Shown here: piece after piece, positions 13,672 through 24,265 of the stretch | Position numbering within the stretch: position 1 is the first letter of the stretch | Layout: each line of letters opens with the position of its first letter | Assembly: GCF_001194135.2 (NCBI RefSeq) | Contig: NC_068985.1 | Location: 121,548,680-121,612,679, forward strand | Length of the DNA stretch: 64,000 bases | DNA from: Octopus bimaculoides | Taxonomy: Eukaryota | Direction: 5' to 3' | Position numbers and translations under genes: made by a program | Notes under the pieces: generated by a model | The model's database searches: none | Seen by the model: the letters and a program-made list of their open reading frames with translations, nothing else | What the model was told of the DNA's origin: nothing

Positions 13672-13718
13672 AACACAACATTTCGGCTGATATACCTTCC
13701 AGCCTTCATCAGGTGTCT
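13672..13718 (-). ncRNA. Minimal type I hammerhead ribozyme motif
   Basis: AGACAC CTGATGA A GGCTG-GAAGGTATAT-CAGCC GAAA T GTT GTGTT: core CUGAUGA and GAAA, 5-bp stem II, stem I GACAC:GTGTT, GUU triplet. Stem III is reduced to a palindrome (consensus ACGT; C>T here). Confidence 0.75.
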
Positions 13719-13794
13719 TGGGGAAATTTCGAACCTGGGTTCTCATTCCTAAGGTATTTTTTGATGTTGTTATTATTATTATTATTATTATTCA

Positions 13795-13867
13795 GGTCAC
13801 TGCCTGGAATCGAACTCGGAATCTTGGGGTTAGTTGCCCGTGCTCTTAACCACTATGCCATATACCC
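13795..13867 (-). promoter_or_regulatory. tRNA-derived Pol III head (A box TGGCATAGTGG, B box GAGTTCGATTCC)
   Basis: A box at 13850-13860 and B box at 13806-13817 with tRNA-like spacing; the acceptor stem does not pair, so this is not a tRNA gene. Confidence 0.75.
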
Positions 13868-14379
13868 GTGGGTATATCAGCTAAAATGTTGTGTTAACAA
13901 CAAACAAGATGAGGACAAATATCTGTCAAATATAAATAATGTAAATAATGTACATAATTCTTCATCTCTTAAATATAGAACTGGATTATCATTTAATGTC
14001 TACTTTTCCCTGCTTGTATGAGTCAGGCAGAATTTATTTGCAGTAGATTTTCTATAACCAGATGCCCTTCTTGTTGCCAACCCTCATCTATTTCCAAGCA
14101 AAGTAATATTCCCCTATGGGCAGACATTTTCTCACAGAATAATGGAAATGAACAACCCTGCTTGTATGACAATGATGATCATTTACAACTAACACATAAT
14201 GTTAAGGCAAAGAGACACAAACACACAAAACAAATACATACATACATTTGGGATACTTGATGATCATTTACAACTATCACACAATATTAAGACAAGAATA
14301 CACACACACACACACACACACACATACATTTGGAATGTTTGACTTGTCTGTAGAGGGAATCCACTCCAAAAATGTTAAG

Positions 14380-14870
14380 ATCCACAAGACACCAACATCA
14401 ACAGGAAATCTCCACAGAAATAGTGATATCAACAGGCGCTACCTAGTAGGAGATGAAGGAGACAGAGGCTTAAGTTCAGTGCAGACAGCTTCAAGTGTTG
14501 TATTGTCTCACAGACAGCACTTCTTAAACAGCAGCAGCAAAAATAAATACATTAACTTAATAATAAATGAAGAAAACAATATCCTACGTGTCAGCAGCTA
14601 GTTCCTCAGGAAGCGTTCTCTTCCTGATGACTAACATACCTGGAAGAAGACCTGGATGTGAAATACTCAGCCTATCACAAAAAGACTATGCATGAAGACT
14701 TGAAGAAGAGAGTAATATCAACATGAAGTGCAGCCTTTCACTATATTGCATCACACTTTTGAAGGCTAAGCATTTGCAATCCAAGAGAGTAGGAGATTGC
14801 CACAAAATACCTAATAAACAAAAGAGACAGTGAAGCCTTTGGAACTCAAAAATGCAACTGAAAATGTAGA
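14380..14870 (+). mobile_element. Degraded R4/Dong-like non-LTR retrotransposon fragment (post-RT region)
   Basis: SSKNKYINLIINEENNILRV-type translation; lies upstream of the endonuclease fragment at 16161. Confidence 0.45.
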
Positions 14871-14873
14871 TTT

Positions 14874-16158
14874 CTGTAAAAACCCACGTAATTTACGCAT
14901 TTTTTTTTTTTTTTTGTTTTTGCAAAAATAAAAATAAACTTTAGTGGGTGTATAAATTACATGAGTAGATCATTTTCAGAATCTTTTTTGAATTTTTTTT
15001 TCTTGAAAAAAGATGTACAAAACAAACATCCATACTAGAAGTTGACTCATTTAATGAAGGAATAGGTTTTTACAGAAAAAATAATGGCTTAAATATAATG
15101 AAGTTGACTTTTACGGTATAATGCTTACTTTTTCTCTATAAATTTACTAAAACCAGTAAATGGTTAACTACCTTTTGAAGTCTAACGGTCATGCTGGTAA
15201 ACACGGTCCAGGCCATATTTTACATTGTTTGGAGTTTCTACCTATCACAATGGAGCACCATTGACATACATAGTCATATGGATATTCCTGACTGAAAAAA
15301 TGTAATGATATGGATAATCTTGAATCTTGATTGTATGTTTTTATTTTTGTCTGTTTATTACTAGGTACAGTTTTAAATTTATCCTACTGTTTATGCCAAT
15401 TTGAATGTTGGCTTCATTAACATTAAAATGCCTTCTGCCAGCTCTATTGCCACGTTCCAATGCATATTCAACATATTTAATTTCTTCTTCGCAGTAAACA
15501 ATTCATAAGTTCTGCCCATGCTGACAATAACAGTAATGACAAATTTTTAAGTTTGCTTGACATTATAAGAGTGAAAGGGATTCAAATTTTGATACTCTGT
15601 ATCATAGGTTCTGTCAAGAATAGGAGGGAAATAATTCTGTTTACATAATCGGTTTGATTGGTCACCTTCCTCTGTCGCTTGAGTAAAGTGTCATCCAAGC
15701 TGATGTTTGTTGGTAATTAAACTTAATTTGTACCACCTGTGCATATTTATCAGCTCTGTTTTTGTTGGTAATTCGTATCAACAACTTTTCCTGTGATTGT
15801 GGTTTGAGAAGACATACAGCAGTATGCTAAAGATTAGACATAATCTCTTGTGGGCAAGAAATGTAAAGTAAAGTTTATTATAAACAACACAAACACTTTG
15901 TAATTTAAAAGCTTTCAATGTGATACTTGTTTAAACAGGAATTATTTTTGTTTAATGAAAATTTAATAAAATCTAATCATAAATGAAATTATGCTAAATA
16001 CAACTAAATTGAACACTTTTTTTCCCCTGGCTATATCAGCAATTTTGAAAACTTTTGGGTGCAAATTTTACATGAGTAGAAGCTCTTTTTAGCAAATTTT
16101 ATCCTGAAAATCACCTGCGTAAATTACACATGTTTGCAAATTATATGAGTTTTTATGG
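14874..16158 (-). mobile_element. Tc2/pogo-like DNA transposon remnant
   Basis: TIRs CTGTAAAAACCCACGTAATTT and AAATTATATGAGTTTTTATGG|TA; minus-strand KYVEYALERGNRAGRRHFNVNEANI resembles the pogo/Tc2 N-terminal HTH. Confidence 0.65.
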
Positions 16159-16160
16159 TA

Positions 16161-16750
16161 TGCCATATTTCTGTGAAAGACATCACATATGATTAGCAGC
16201 TGCCCCAAAATGTCAAAAAGGTACTACCTCCCTATGCAACATGACATTATCATGAAAACATTATACAATGCCATTCAGAAAAAAGACTGGCCTGGAATAA
16301 ATATAGAGAATCCTTTAGTTATTAAATACATACTCAAACATCAACACAAGGAATACTGGTGGAATATTCCCAACAGGCCAGATATTGTTGTTTGGGACAG
16401 ACAAGAAAATGTATGTATTGTCATAGATGTCAGCTGTCCTGTTGATGTGAATAGCTATTTGAAAATCAAAGAGAAAGAGGATAACTATGGACAACTGTTT
16501 TGAAACCTCCAGCTTATATATACAGATTATAAATTCACTTTTTTACTAATAACAATTGGTGCATTTGGTTTTGTGAGTACATACCTGACAATCTGGATAA
16601 GCTAGGTTTATATCTAGGATAATAAAAATCTGCAAGACCTTCTTAAGATTTAAAGGATGACAAAACACAATGCTTTCCTCCACATCCTTGCTACCAAGCA
16701 GGTGACCAGTCAAAATTAACTCCAAATTTAAAACAAAGAGAGAAAGAGAA
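16161..16750 (+). mobile_element. R4/Dong-clade LINE 3' end with restriction-like endonuclease remnant
   Basis: ISSCPKMSKRYYLPMQHD...WWNIPNRPDIVVWDRQENVCIVIDVSCPVDVN..KEKEDNYGQL, i.e. zinc-knuckle end plus PD-(D/E)xK-type motif; terminal IKICKTFLRF*. Confidence 0.8.
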
Positions 16751-17011
16751 AACACACACACACATACACACACATGCTCATATATATTCTCTGTAACTTA
16801 CTGTAAAAAAATGTTTCCTGATGACCTGTTCAGGCTAAGCATCCAAATGCATTTGGAACATCCAACACATATAAACTTTATCAACTGCACATACTCAGTG
16901 TATGTGTTTGGTTTGTTCACTGGTTCACTACCATAGCACTTGAGGTGACAACTCCCTCATAATGCTGGGTGTTAAACCAACTGAAAGTCACAGACAGGCA
17001 AGACAACTTAC

Positions 17012-17040
17012 CTCTGATTGAATGGTGGAGTGCAAATAAT
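17012..17040 (-). other. Candidate 29-nt exon
   Basis: Strong acceptor atttctcttttatctctcag and donor GAG|gtaagt. Confidence 0.35.
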
Positions 17041-17329
17041 CTGAGAGATAAAAGAGAAATCGATACAACATTATGATACCTATAAAGAGTATCAGTTGCT
17101 ACTTCTATTTATTCGCTTAACTAACAACTTTCATTGTAGCTGTCTTTCACCTCTCTCTTCTACTAATTTCTCACCTATTTGCATGGGAAAGAGAGGAATG
17201 AATACTCAAATACAGTACAAGAAAGAAGAGGGATATCTTTAATGTTACTAGGGACAAAGCAATCTCTCTCACGTCAATGAATGAATGATGTAGAGAAGAC
17301 TTGTTAGTTGTGTCTGCAACAAGACAACC

Positions 17330-17790
17330 ATTCAAATGTTAGTGCCGTGTTAAAATGCACCCGGTACACTCTATAATGTGGCTGGTGATAGGCAGGGCAT
17401 TCAACATGCGAAAAATTAATTGTACATGCAAGACATAATCTTGCATATACATCTAAGAGGACAATAAGCTCAAATAAGGGACTTAAATAGTGGTAACATA
17501 TCCAATCCATGCTAATACAGTAAAACAAATGTAAAGTCATCATCATCATCAATTAACATTCATTTTTCATGCTCGCATGTGTTGAATGGTTTTACAGGAA
17601 CTGGCATACCAGAGCAGTACACCAAGCTCCATTGTCTGCTTTGGCATGGTTTCTACAGCTGGATGCTCTTCCTAATGCCAGCCATTTTACAGTGTATTGG
17701 CTGTTTTTCACATGGTACCAGCATTGATGCTTTTAATGTGGCACCAGTACCAGCTGGTTTGCACCAGTACCAGCTGGGAAAGGGAGTGGT
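17330..17790. mobile_element. Two old RTE-type tails joined tail-to-tail at an (ATC)n tract
   Basis: Plus-strand tail up to ~17535, then a minus-strand tail starting from the (ATC)n at ~17538-17550. Confidence 0.55.
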
Positions 17791-18150
17791 ACTGAGGGAG
17801 AAGTTAAAGTATAATAGAGAGCTAGAGACAGGTATGCATGTGAGGGAGAGTGAAGGGGCATGCAGCAGGTGGTGGTCATGGGTGGGGGAAAGGGAGTGTT
17901 GGGAAGATGGATTGTGCGGTGACAAACTGCATTAATATTCACCCTGAGTATGAATTTTACCACAGACAGTCAATGTACTACTGCTACCTTTTGCCAGCTG
18001 AACTTCAACACTTTCCAGCCATCTTTAAATTAACTGAATCAAAATACCACTAAAGTCAAATTTGCTTTGCAGAAGTTGATAAAAAAAAAATACCAATTTG
18101 GGACTGTAGATTGGTGGAACTGTGAGGAAATTAAATTGGATACCTTGTGG

Positions 18151-18479
18151 TATTTGCATTATTTACATTCAACGGATATTTGTCCTCATCTTGTTTGTTG
18201 TTAACACGTTTTGGCTGATATACCTTCCAGCCTTCTTCAGGTGTCTTGGGGAAATTCTGAACCTGGGTTCTCATTCCTAAGGTATTTTTCAATGTTATTA
18301 TTTATTATTATTATTATTATTATTATTGTTCAGGTCATTTCCCTAAGATACCTGATGAAGGCTGGAGGGTATATCAGCCGAAACATTATGTTAACAACAA
18401 ACAAGATGAGGACAAATATCCGTCAATTGTAAATAATGTAAATAATGCACATAATTCCTCATCTCTTAAATATAGAACT
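18151..18479. mobile_element. Hammerhead-containing Penelope-type non-autonomous retroelement, copy 2
   Basis: Same unit as 13615-13982 but with a different inversion junction (~18337); tRNA head almost entirely truncated; same terminal tail ending CTCTTAAATATAGAACT. Confidence 0.75.
18346..18392 (+). ncRNA. Decayed minimal hammerhead motif
   Basis: AGATAC CTGATGA A GGCTG-GAGGGTATAT-CAGCC GAAA CATT ATGTT; core intact, stems I and III mutated by G>A/C>T transitions. Confidence 0.6.
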
Positions 18480-18684
18480 TGTGGTATTTGTTCCAGCTTA
18501 TTGCATTCTGAGTTCAAATCCTACTTTGACCTACTTAGTCTGTTGCCTGGTTCAACACCTTCCACCTAGGATCATGGCTATCTTTGGCATAAGCTACTCT
18601 ATTGCAAGTATTCTGACGAGGTCACTGGTTTGAGAATACTGTTTTCCCTCTCTCCCTCCCACCAGTCTTGGAGACCTTGTAAAG

Positions 18685-18918
18685 CAGTGGTTCACAACTG
18701 GGGTCCATATAAGATTTTGTTGTTAAAATTTATCTGCAATAAATGGGTTATATATCAACAAAACACAAAATAATTTAACAATTTTTTAGATACATTTCCT
18801 AATAATATTTAATCATAAAAATATACGACCTTTTAAACATCGAAAGGCTAGGAAGGTACATCTGAGTAAAATAGAAATCAAAGGGTTCCATAGGTTAAAA
18901 AATGGTTAAGAAACACTG
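18685..18918. mobile_element. hAT-type MITE
   Basis: TIRs CAGTGGTTCACAAC and GTTAAGAAACACTG; 8-bp TSD TTGTAAAG/CTGTAAAG (7/8). Confidence 0.75.
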
Positions 18919-19488
18919 CTGTAAAGGGTTAAGGGTTCTGCCATCCCTTCTGACTAAAACATAATAGAAACACCAATAAAATTATTTACATTTTTTCCAT
19001 ACCTGCACAAGTTTGTTTGTTGCATATTTTGACTAACAACTCCATACAATCATTTTCACTATTCCATTCATTCCCCCACACCCACACAGATTAAACTTTG
19101 TCACCTGTGCCTAATGACCTTTACGCACACATTCATACAATTACAATCACAAACCAGACACATATAGCGAACATTGTCCTGGCAATACAAACAGTAAAGT
19201 TCTTTCTTCTTTTTTTTCTTTTGTACATTACCTACACCCATTTGTAATGTTTACCTCTCACTTTTTATATTTTCAGTGCTTTCTGAAACCCGCCCACTTG
19301 AAAATTTCTGTCTGCTCAGAAGGGTCAATCTCAAGGCATATGATTCCTTTCCTCATGGCATACAAACTTATCCAAACTGATGACCTTCACTATATATAAT
19401 TCTGTCATGTAAAGAGTACCATCAGTTTACTGTGACTCAGAAATTTTTCTTTACACACACACTCCATATATATATATATATATACACA

Positions 19489-20472
19489 CAGGGTGCATAA
19501 GATATTTGAGGACATACATTTTTGGGGGGTCATTGCTGCATTTTTTGCTAACTCTGTATAACTTTTGTTTCAGAAAATATTAATGGCAGACCCTCAGCTT
19601 ACTCAAGAAATGAAGAGGCTAGCTGTTATTGTGGTTTTAAAAGCTGAGAATAGTGATTTAGAAATATCTTGGTTTTTAAAAGTTGCCAGATCTTTTGTCT
19701 ACAAAGTTTGTAAGGAGCTAGAGACTGACGATGGATATATATCACCAGTATCAAAGCATAAAAAGCATTCTAAACATTCTGAAATCATCAGAACACCTGG
19801 ATTTATCCAGCAACTTCAACAGACCATTGATTACAATCCCAGAAAGTCCATGAGGTCAATTGCAAAAGATTTCCATGTGTCAGAAGGAACAGTCAGAAAT
19901 GTTGCCCATGAAAACATCAAATANNNNNNNNNNNNNNNNNNNNNNNNNNNNNNNNNNNNNNNNNNNNNNNNNNNNNNNNNNNNNNNNNNNNNNNNNNNNN
20001 NNNNNNNNNNNNNNNNNNNNNNNNNNNNNNNNNNNNNNNNNNNNNNNNNNNNNNNNNNNNNNNNNNNNNNNNNNNNNNNNNNNNNNNNNNNNNNNNNNNN
20101 NNNNNNGCTTTGACCAAGATCAGAAAGCTAATAGAAGAATTGACTGATGGTTATGTAGTGTCCCTTCTGAAGTTCCAAATGTTATGCATACAAAATTTCC
20201 TGCAACTGTCCTAGTTTTAGGGGTTGTCAGCAATGAAGGACATGTGATGCCTCCTTACTTCTTTCTACAAGGCCTTAGAGTTAACTTTGCCACCTACATT
20301 GAAGTCCTGGAAATAATTGTTAAGCCCTGGATAGACAGTGTATGCAATGGAAGGCCATATGTGTTTCAATAAGACTCTGCACTATCACACATGGCTCTAG
20401 TAACACAGGAATGGATGGCTGAAAATTTTCATGATCACATAACCCCTAACATTTGGCCTCCTAATTCCCCAG
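19489..20472 (+). mobile_element. maT/DD37D-type Tc1-mariner transposon, defective, 3'-truncated, gap inside
   Basis: TIR CAGGGTGCATAAGATATTTGAGGACA; translation ...KSMRSIAKDFHVSEGTVRN...GHVMPPYFF..GLRVN..VKPWIDSVCNGRPYVFQ*DSA...WPPNSP. Confidence 0.85.
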
Positions 20473-21190
20473 CATACCTGGAAACCAGTTTGCAGACCTC
20501 ACCTGTGAAATGGAAGTAGTCAAGATTAAGTACTAGTTCAGCTATCCAGAGAAGGGATAGAGAATGGTGTGCAGATTAAGGAAGTACTAGAGAGTCAGGT
20601 GACCATTGCTGTGGGGAATAATAGTGCAGAGGGATTTAGTGTTCATAGTGAAGTGGAGGTAGGAAGAACCAAAATGGAAGGAAAAAAATTGAATAGTCAA
20701 AGGGCAAGGTTGGTGTAATGGATGTGAAACATGAAGGAAACATCTAAACATGAAAAGATGAGGTTGAAGTACTAAGATATCAATTCAGACAAGCAGTTAG
20801 GGAGAGAGAGCATAGGAAGTAAGGGCTGTCAGGTTTATGAATTTTGAGGAGGAAACATGCCAGAGGTGCATAGTGTTTGGATAGTGAGGGTGGTGGTAGT
20901 GGGAAGAGGTGGAGTTGAGTTCAGGAATGGTGGATAAGGTGTTGCGGGGCAGGAGGCAGTAGAAGGAATCTTGCAAAGCTGTTGAAGCACCTATACTCTG
21001 TAGAAGTTAACACACCATACCACCACAGCTCCACCCTTGTCAGAGAGTTTTATAACAATGTCCTGGCATCGGAAGTTATAAAGATCTGAAATTTTGGACC
21101 AAGTGATGTTGGAACATTGAAAGCACATGGAAGATAAATCAGTTTACACTAGTGTTGCATATAGTAACAGGCTGCTGAACTGGCATGGCA
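20473..21190 (-). mobile_element. Penelope-like element reverse transcriptase remnant
   Basis: Minus-strand frames give DIVIKLSDKGGAVVVW, LLKIHKPD and TMNTKSLCTIIP, matching the PLE RT motifs IKPADKG, LPKIHKP and DVKSLYT. Confidence 0.8.
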
Positions 21191-21459
21191 GCGGCAACCA
21201 GTCAGATGAACAGTGACCCAGGTCCAAAAAGCAATACTTATTGCAGAATTTTGCAAAAAAAAATCACAGAGACTGCTCAACATTGATAAAACGCATTCAC
21301 ACACATACTACTCTCTCACTCTCTTGGCCATGTACCTCCTCTATAGCAAGACATCTGTTTCTGCCTCTCTGTCACACTCCAATCTTTCATCATCTGACAC
21401 AAGATCACCTCCTCCAAAGCCTCTTTCCCTCTTAAAATATCTTGTCTTGCAAGTTACTT

Positions 21460-21765
21460 GGTGACACTGCTGGTGCTGGTGCCACATAAAAAGTATCCAG
21501 TCCACACTGAAGTGGTTGGCATTTGGAAGGACATCTATTTGTAAAAACCATGCTAAAACTGACCTTGCCCGTGCTGGTGCCACGTAAAAAGCACTCAGTC
21601 CACTCTACAGTGTGGTCGGTGTTAGGAAGGGCATCCAGCCATAAAACGCATGCCAAAACAGACACAGTAGTTTGGTGTAGTCTTCTATTTGGCAGGCTTC
21701 TGTCAAACACTCCAACCCATGCCAGCATGGAAGACAGACGTTAAATGGTGATGATAATAGCATAA
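21460..21765 (+). mobile_element. RTE-type 3' tail with duplicated GGTGCCACGTAAAAAGCAC module
   Basis: Two copies of the module, then GGAAGGGCATCCAGC...CCCATGCCAGCATGGAA. Confidence 0.7.
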
Positions 21766-22269
21766 ACACAAATGCAAATACATGATATGTATGTGCGTTT
21801 TCGGTCACAGCCCACTGACCAAAGCCTTGCAAGCAGATCTGGTCAACAGAAATTGAAAGAAGCCTGTCATACATATGCATGTGTGTCTTATATGAATGTG
21901 TACATATTTCACCTTGTCATCACATGTTGCTGATTGTAAACAATAACCTCACAAATAAACAATATCGTTTGTTTTGCAGTCCACCACAAAAACATGCCCA
22001 GGTTTCTAGACACTGTGCAATCATTGTGCATCATAAGACTCATTCAATTGCTGTTGCTTGTTTCCAGTTCTCTGTATAACCAGATCTGGGCTGTTTCTTG
22101 TTTAATAGACAGGAGATCATTATTTTGCTAGGAAGCAGGTGAGACTGGCATCATGAAGGGCCACTAGCCATAGAAAATTTGACCCCAATTACACTCTCAT
22201 CTGACCCATGCAAGCATGGAAAAGTAGACATGAAATGATGATGATGATATATACATATACTACATTACC

Positions 22270-22630
22270 TTCTACTTGTTTTAGTCATTGGACTGTGGCC
22301 ATACTGGAGCACCACTTTGAAGGGTTTAGTCAAACGAATTGACACAAGACTTTTTTTAAAGTTTTGCACTTATTCTATTAGTCTCTTTTGTTGAACTGCC
22401 AAGTTAAGGGAACAAACAAACCAACACTAGTTATCAAGTGTGCACACACACACACACACAAATTTATATATAAACAATGGGCTTCTTTCTGTTTCCATCT
22501 ACCAAATCCACTCACAAGGCTATGGTCTGCTCAAGGCTATAGTAAAAGATATTTGCCCAAGGTATCACACTGTGAGACTGAACCTAAAACCATGTGGTTG
22601 GAAGTAAACTTCTTACCCAACAGTGATGCT
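22270..22630 (-). mobile_element. CORE-type SINE, near full length
   Basis: Matches the family copy at 62997-63401. Confidence 0.7.
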
Positions 22631-22757
22631 TGTGCAGACAGACAGATATAATACATATATACACATGCATTATATACATACATACACATACATGCATGCA
22701 TATATCCATACAAACATATTAGAGAAAATGATAGCCTTCTATAGTTCTAAATATAGT

Positions 22758-23111
22758 TTAACCCTTTCGTTACTGTATTTATTTTGAGATGCTCTGTGTT
22801 TCTTTCAATTACTTTAAATATAACAAAGAATTTAGTAAAATAACTTAGTTATCATTCAGCTAGTGTTAGGAACATAAATTGCGACTAAGGTTTGGAGGAA
22901 GATTTTAATTCAAAACTTATGAAAACATGACCGATCGAATAAGTACCAGGCTTCCAAAGAATAAGTCCTGGGGTTGATTTGCTCGACTAAAGACGGTGCT
23001 CCAGTATGGCCACACTCAAATGACTGAAACAAGTAAGAGAGTAAAAGAGAGTAAGACATTTGTACTCAGAACCAGAGCCAGTTTCAGTCGAGTCGGTAAC
23101 AAAAGGGTTAA
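22758..23111. mobile_element. piggyBac-type MITE interrupted by a 5'-truncated SINE tail (~22928-23053)
   Basis: TTAA-CCCTTTCGTTAC ... GTAACAAAAGGG-TTAA; the internal insert matches the SINE 3' tail. Confidence 0.8.
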
Positions 23112-24265
23112 CAGTGAGAAGTAAAAAAAAAAAGAAGTGCTTTGATAGTATTGGCTATCATCATCATCATCATCGTTTAACGTCCGCTTTCCATGCTAGC
23201 ANNNNNNNNNNNNNNNNNNNNNNNNNNNNNNNNNNNNNNNNNNNNNNNNNNNNNNNNNNNNNNNNNNNNNNNNNNNNNNNNNNNNNNNNNNNNNNNNNNN
23301 NNNNNNNNNNNNNNNNNNNNNNNNNNNNNNNNNNNNNNNNNNNNNNNNNNNNNNNNNNNNNNNNNNNNNNNNNNNNNNNNNNNNNNNNNNNNNNNNNNNN
23401 NNNNNNNNNNNNNNNNNNNNNNNNNNNNNNNNNNNNNNNNNNNNNNNNNNNNNNNNNNNNNNNNNNNNNNNNNNNNNNNNNNNNNNNNNNNNNNNNNNNN
23501 NNNNNNNNNNNNNNNNNNNNNNNNNNNNNNNNNNNNNNNNNNNNNNNNNNNNNNNNNNNNNNNNNNNNNNNNNNNNNNNNNNNNNNNNNNNNNNNNNNNN
23601 NNNNNNNNNNNNNNNNNNNNNNNNNNNNNNNNNNNNNNNNNNNNNNNNNNNNNNNNNNNNNNNNNNNNNNNNNNNNNNNNNNNNNNNNNNNNNNNNNNNN
23701 NNNNNNNNNNNNNNNNNNNNNNNNNNNNNNNNNNNNNNNNNNNNNNNNNNNNNNNNNNNNNNNNNNNNNNNNNNNNNNNNNNNNNNNNNNNNNNNNNNNN
23801 NNNNNNNNNNNNNNNNNNNNNNNCATTACACATCCAGCGGAGCATACTGGCTTCATTCCTTGCGAGCTTATATTATATTCTATTATTTGCTAGGGTTTTA
23901 TATTTTTGATTTTGCTCTGTGTATGCACAAATTTTTCGTAGATGGAGTGTAAGTCCATTGTAGATTCTCCAAGAACTGATTTATGACTGCAAATGCAGGG
24001 GGAAAGAAGAAAAAAAAAAAGAGAAAAAGTGATAAAATAAAATTTTAGAAAATCATGCAATAACTGGGTGTGTGTATATGAAATAGATATGTAAAAAAAT
24101 GTATGCAGACATTTTTTCTTTCTTTCTTCTTTAGCCTTGTTATCAAAAATATACCGTTTTATATATATATCAAAAAGGAAAACTATAACCGTCATTAAAT
24201 ATGACTGAGGGTGTTAGTTATAGTTTTCCTTTGACAGATTTTATGCACGTGTGTGTGTGTGTATA

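Larger units (their letters stand above)
13615..13982 (-). mobile_element. tRNA-headed, hammerhead-containing Penelope-type non-autonomous retroelement, copy 1
   Basis: On the minus strand: tRNA-like head, (TAA)n, spacer, hammerhead, tail. 82-bp inverted arms (13615-13696 and 13871-13952, 78/82 identical); the plus arm extends by a further 30 nt. Confidence 0.75.

Noticed and set aside
13795-13867. tRNA gene
   Set aside because: The acceptor stem does not pair and it is fused to a repeat body, so it is treated as a SINE-type head.
14606-14680. TCAGGAAG...CTTCCTGA hairpin overlapping a CTGATGA
   Set aside because: No stem II closing onto a GAAA; lies within a LINE remnant.
16810-16865. CTGATGA followed by hairpins (CCTG-TT-CAGG; CCAAATGCATTTGG palindrome) as another hammerhead
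   Set aside because: No GAAA at the required position and no convincing stem I or stem III.
23060-23909. Long ORFs of 160-295 aa spanning N runs (also 26428-27181, 31096-31746, 48628-49243, 51656-52553)
   Set aside because: Artefacts of reading through assembly gaps.
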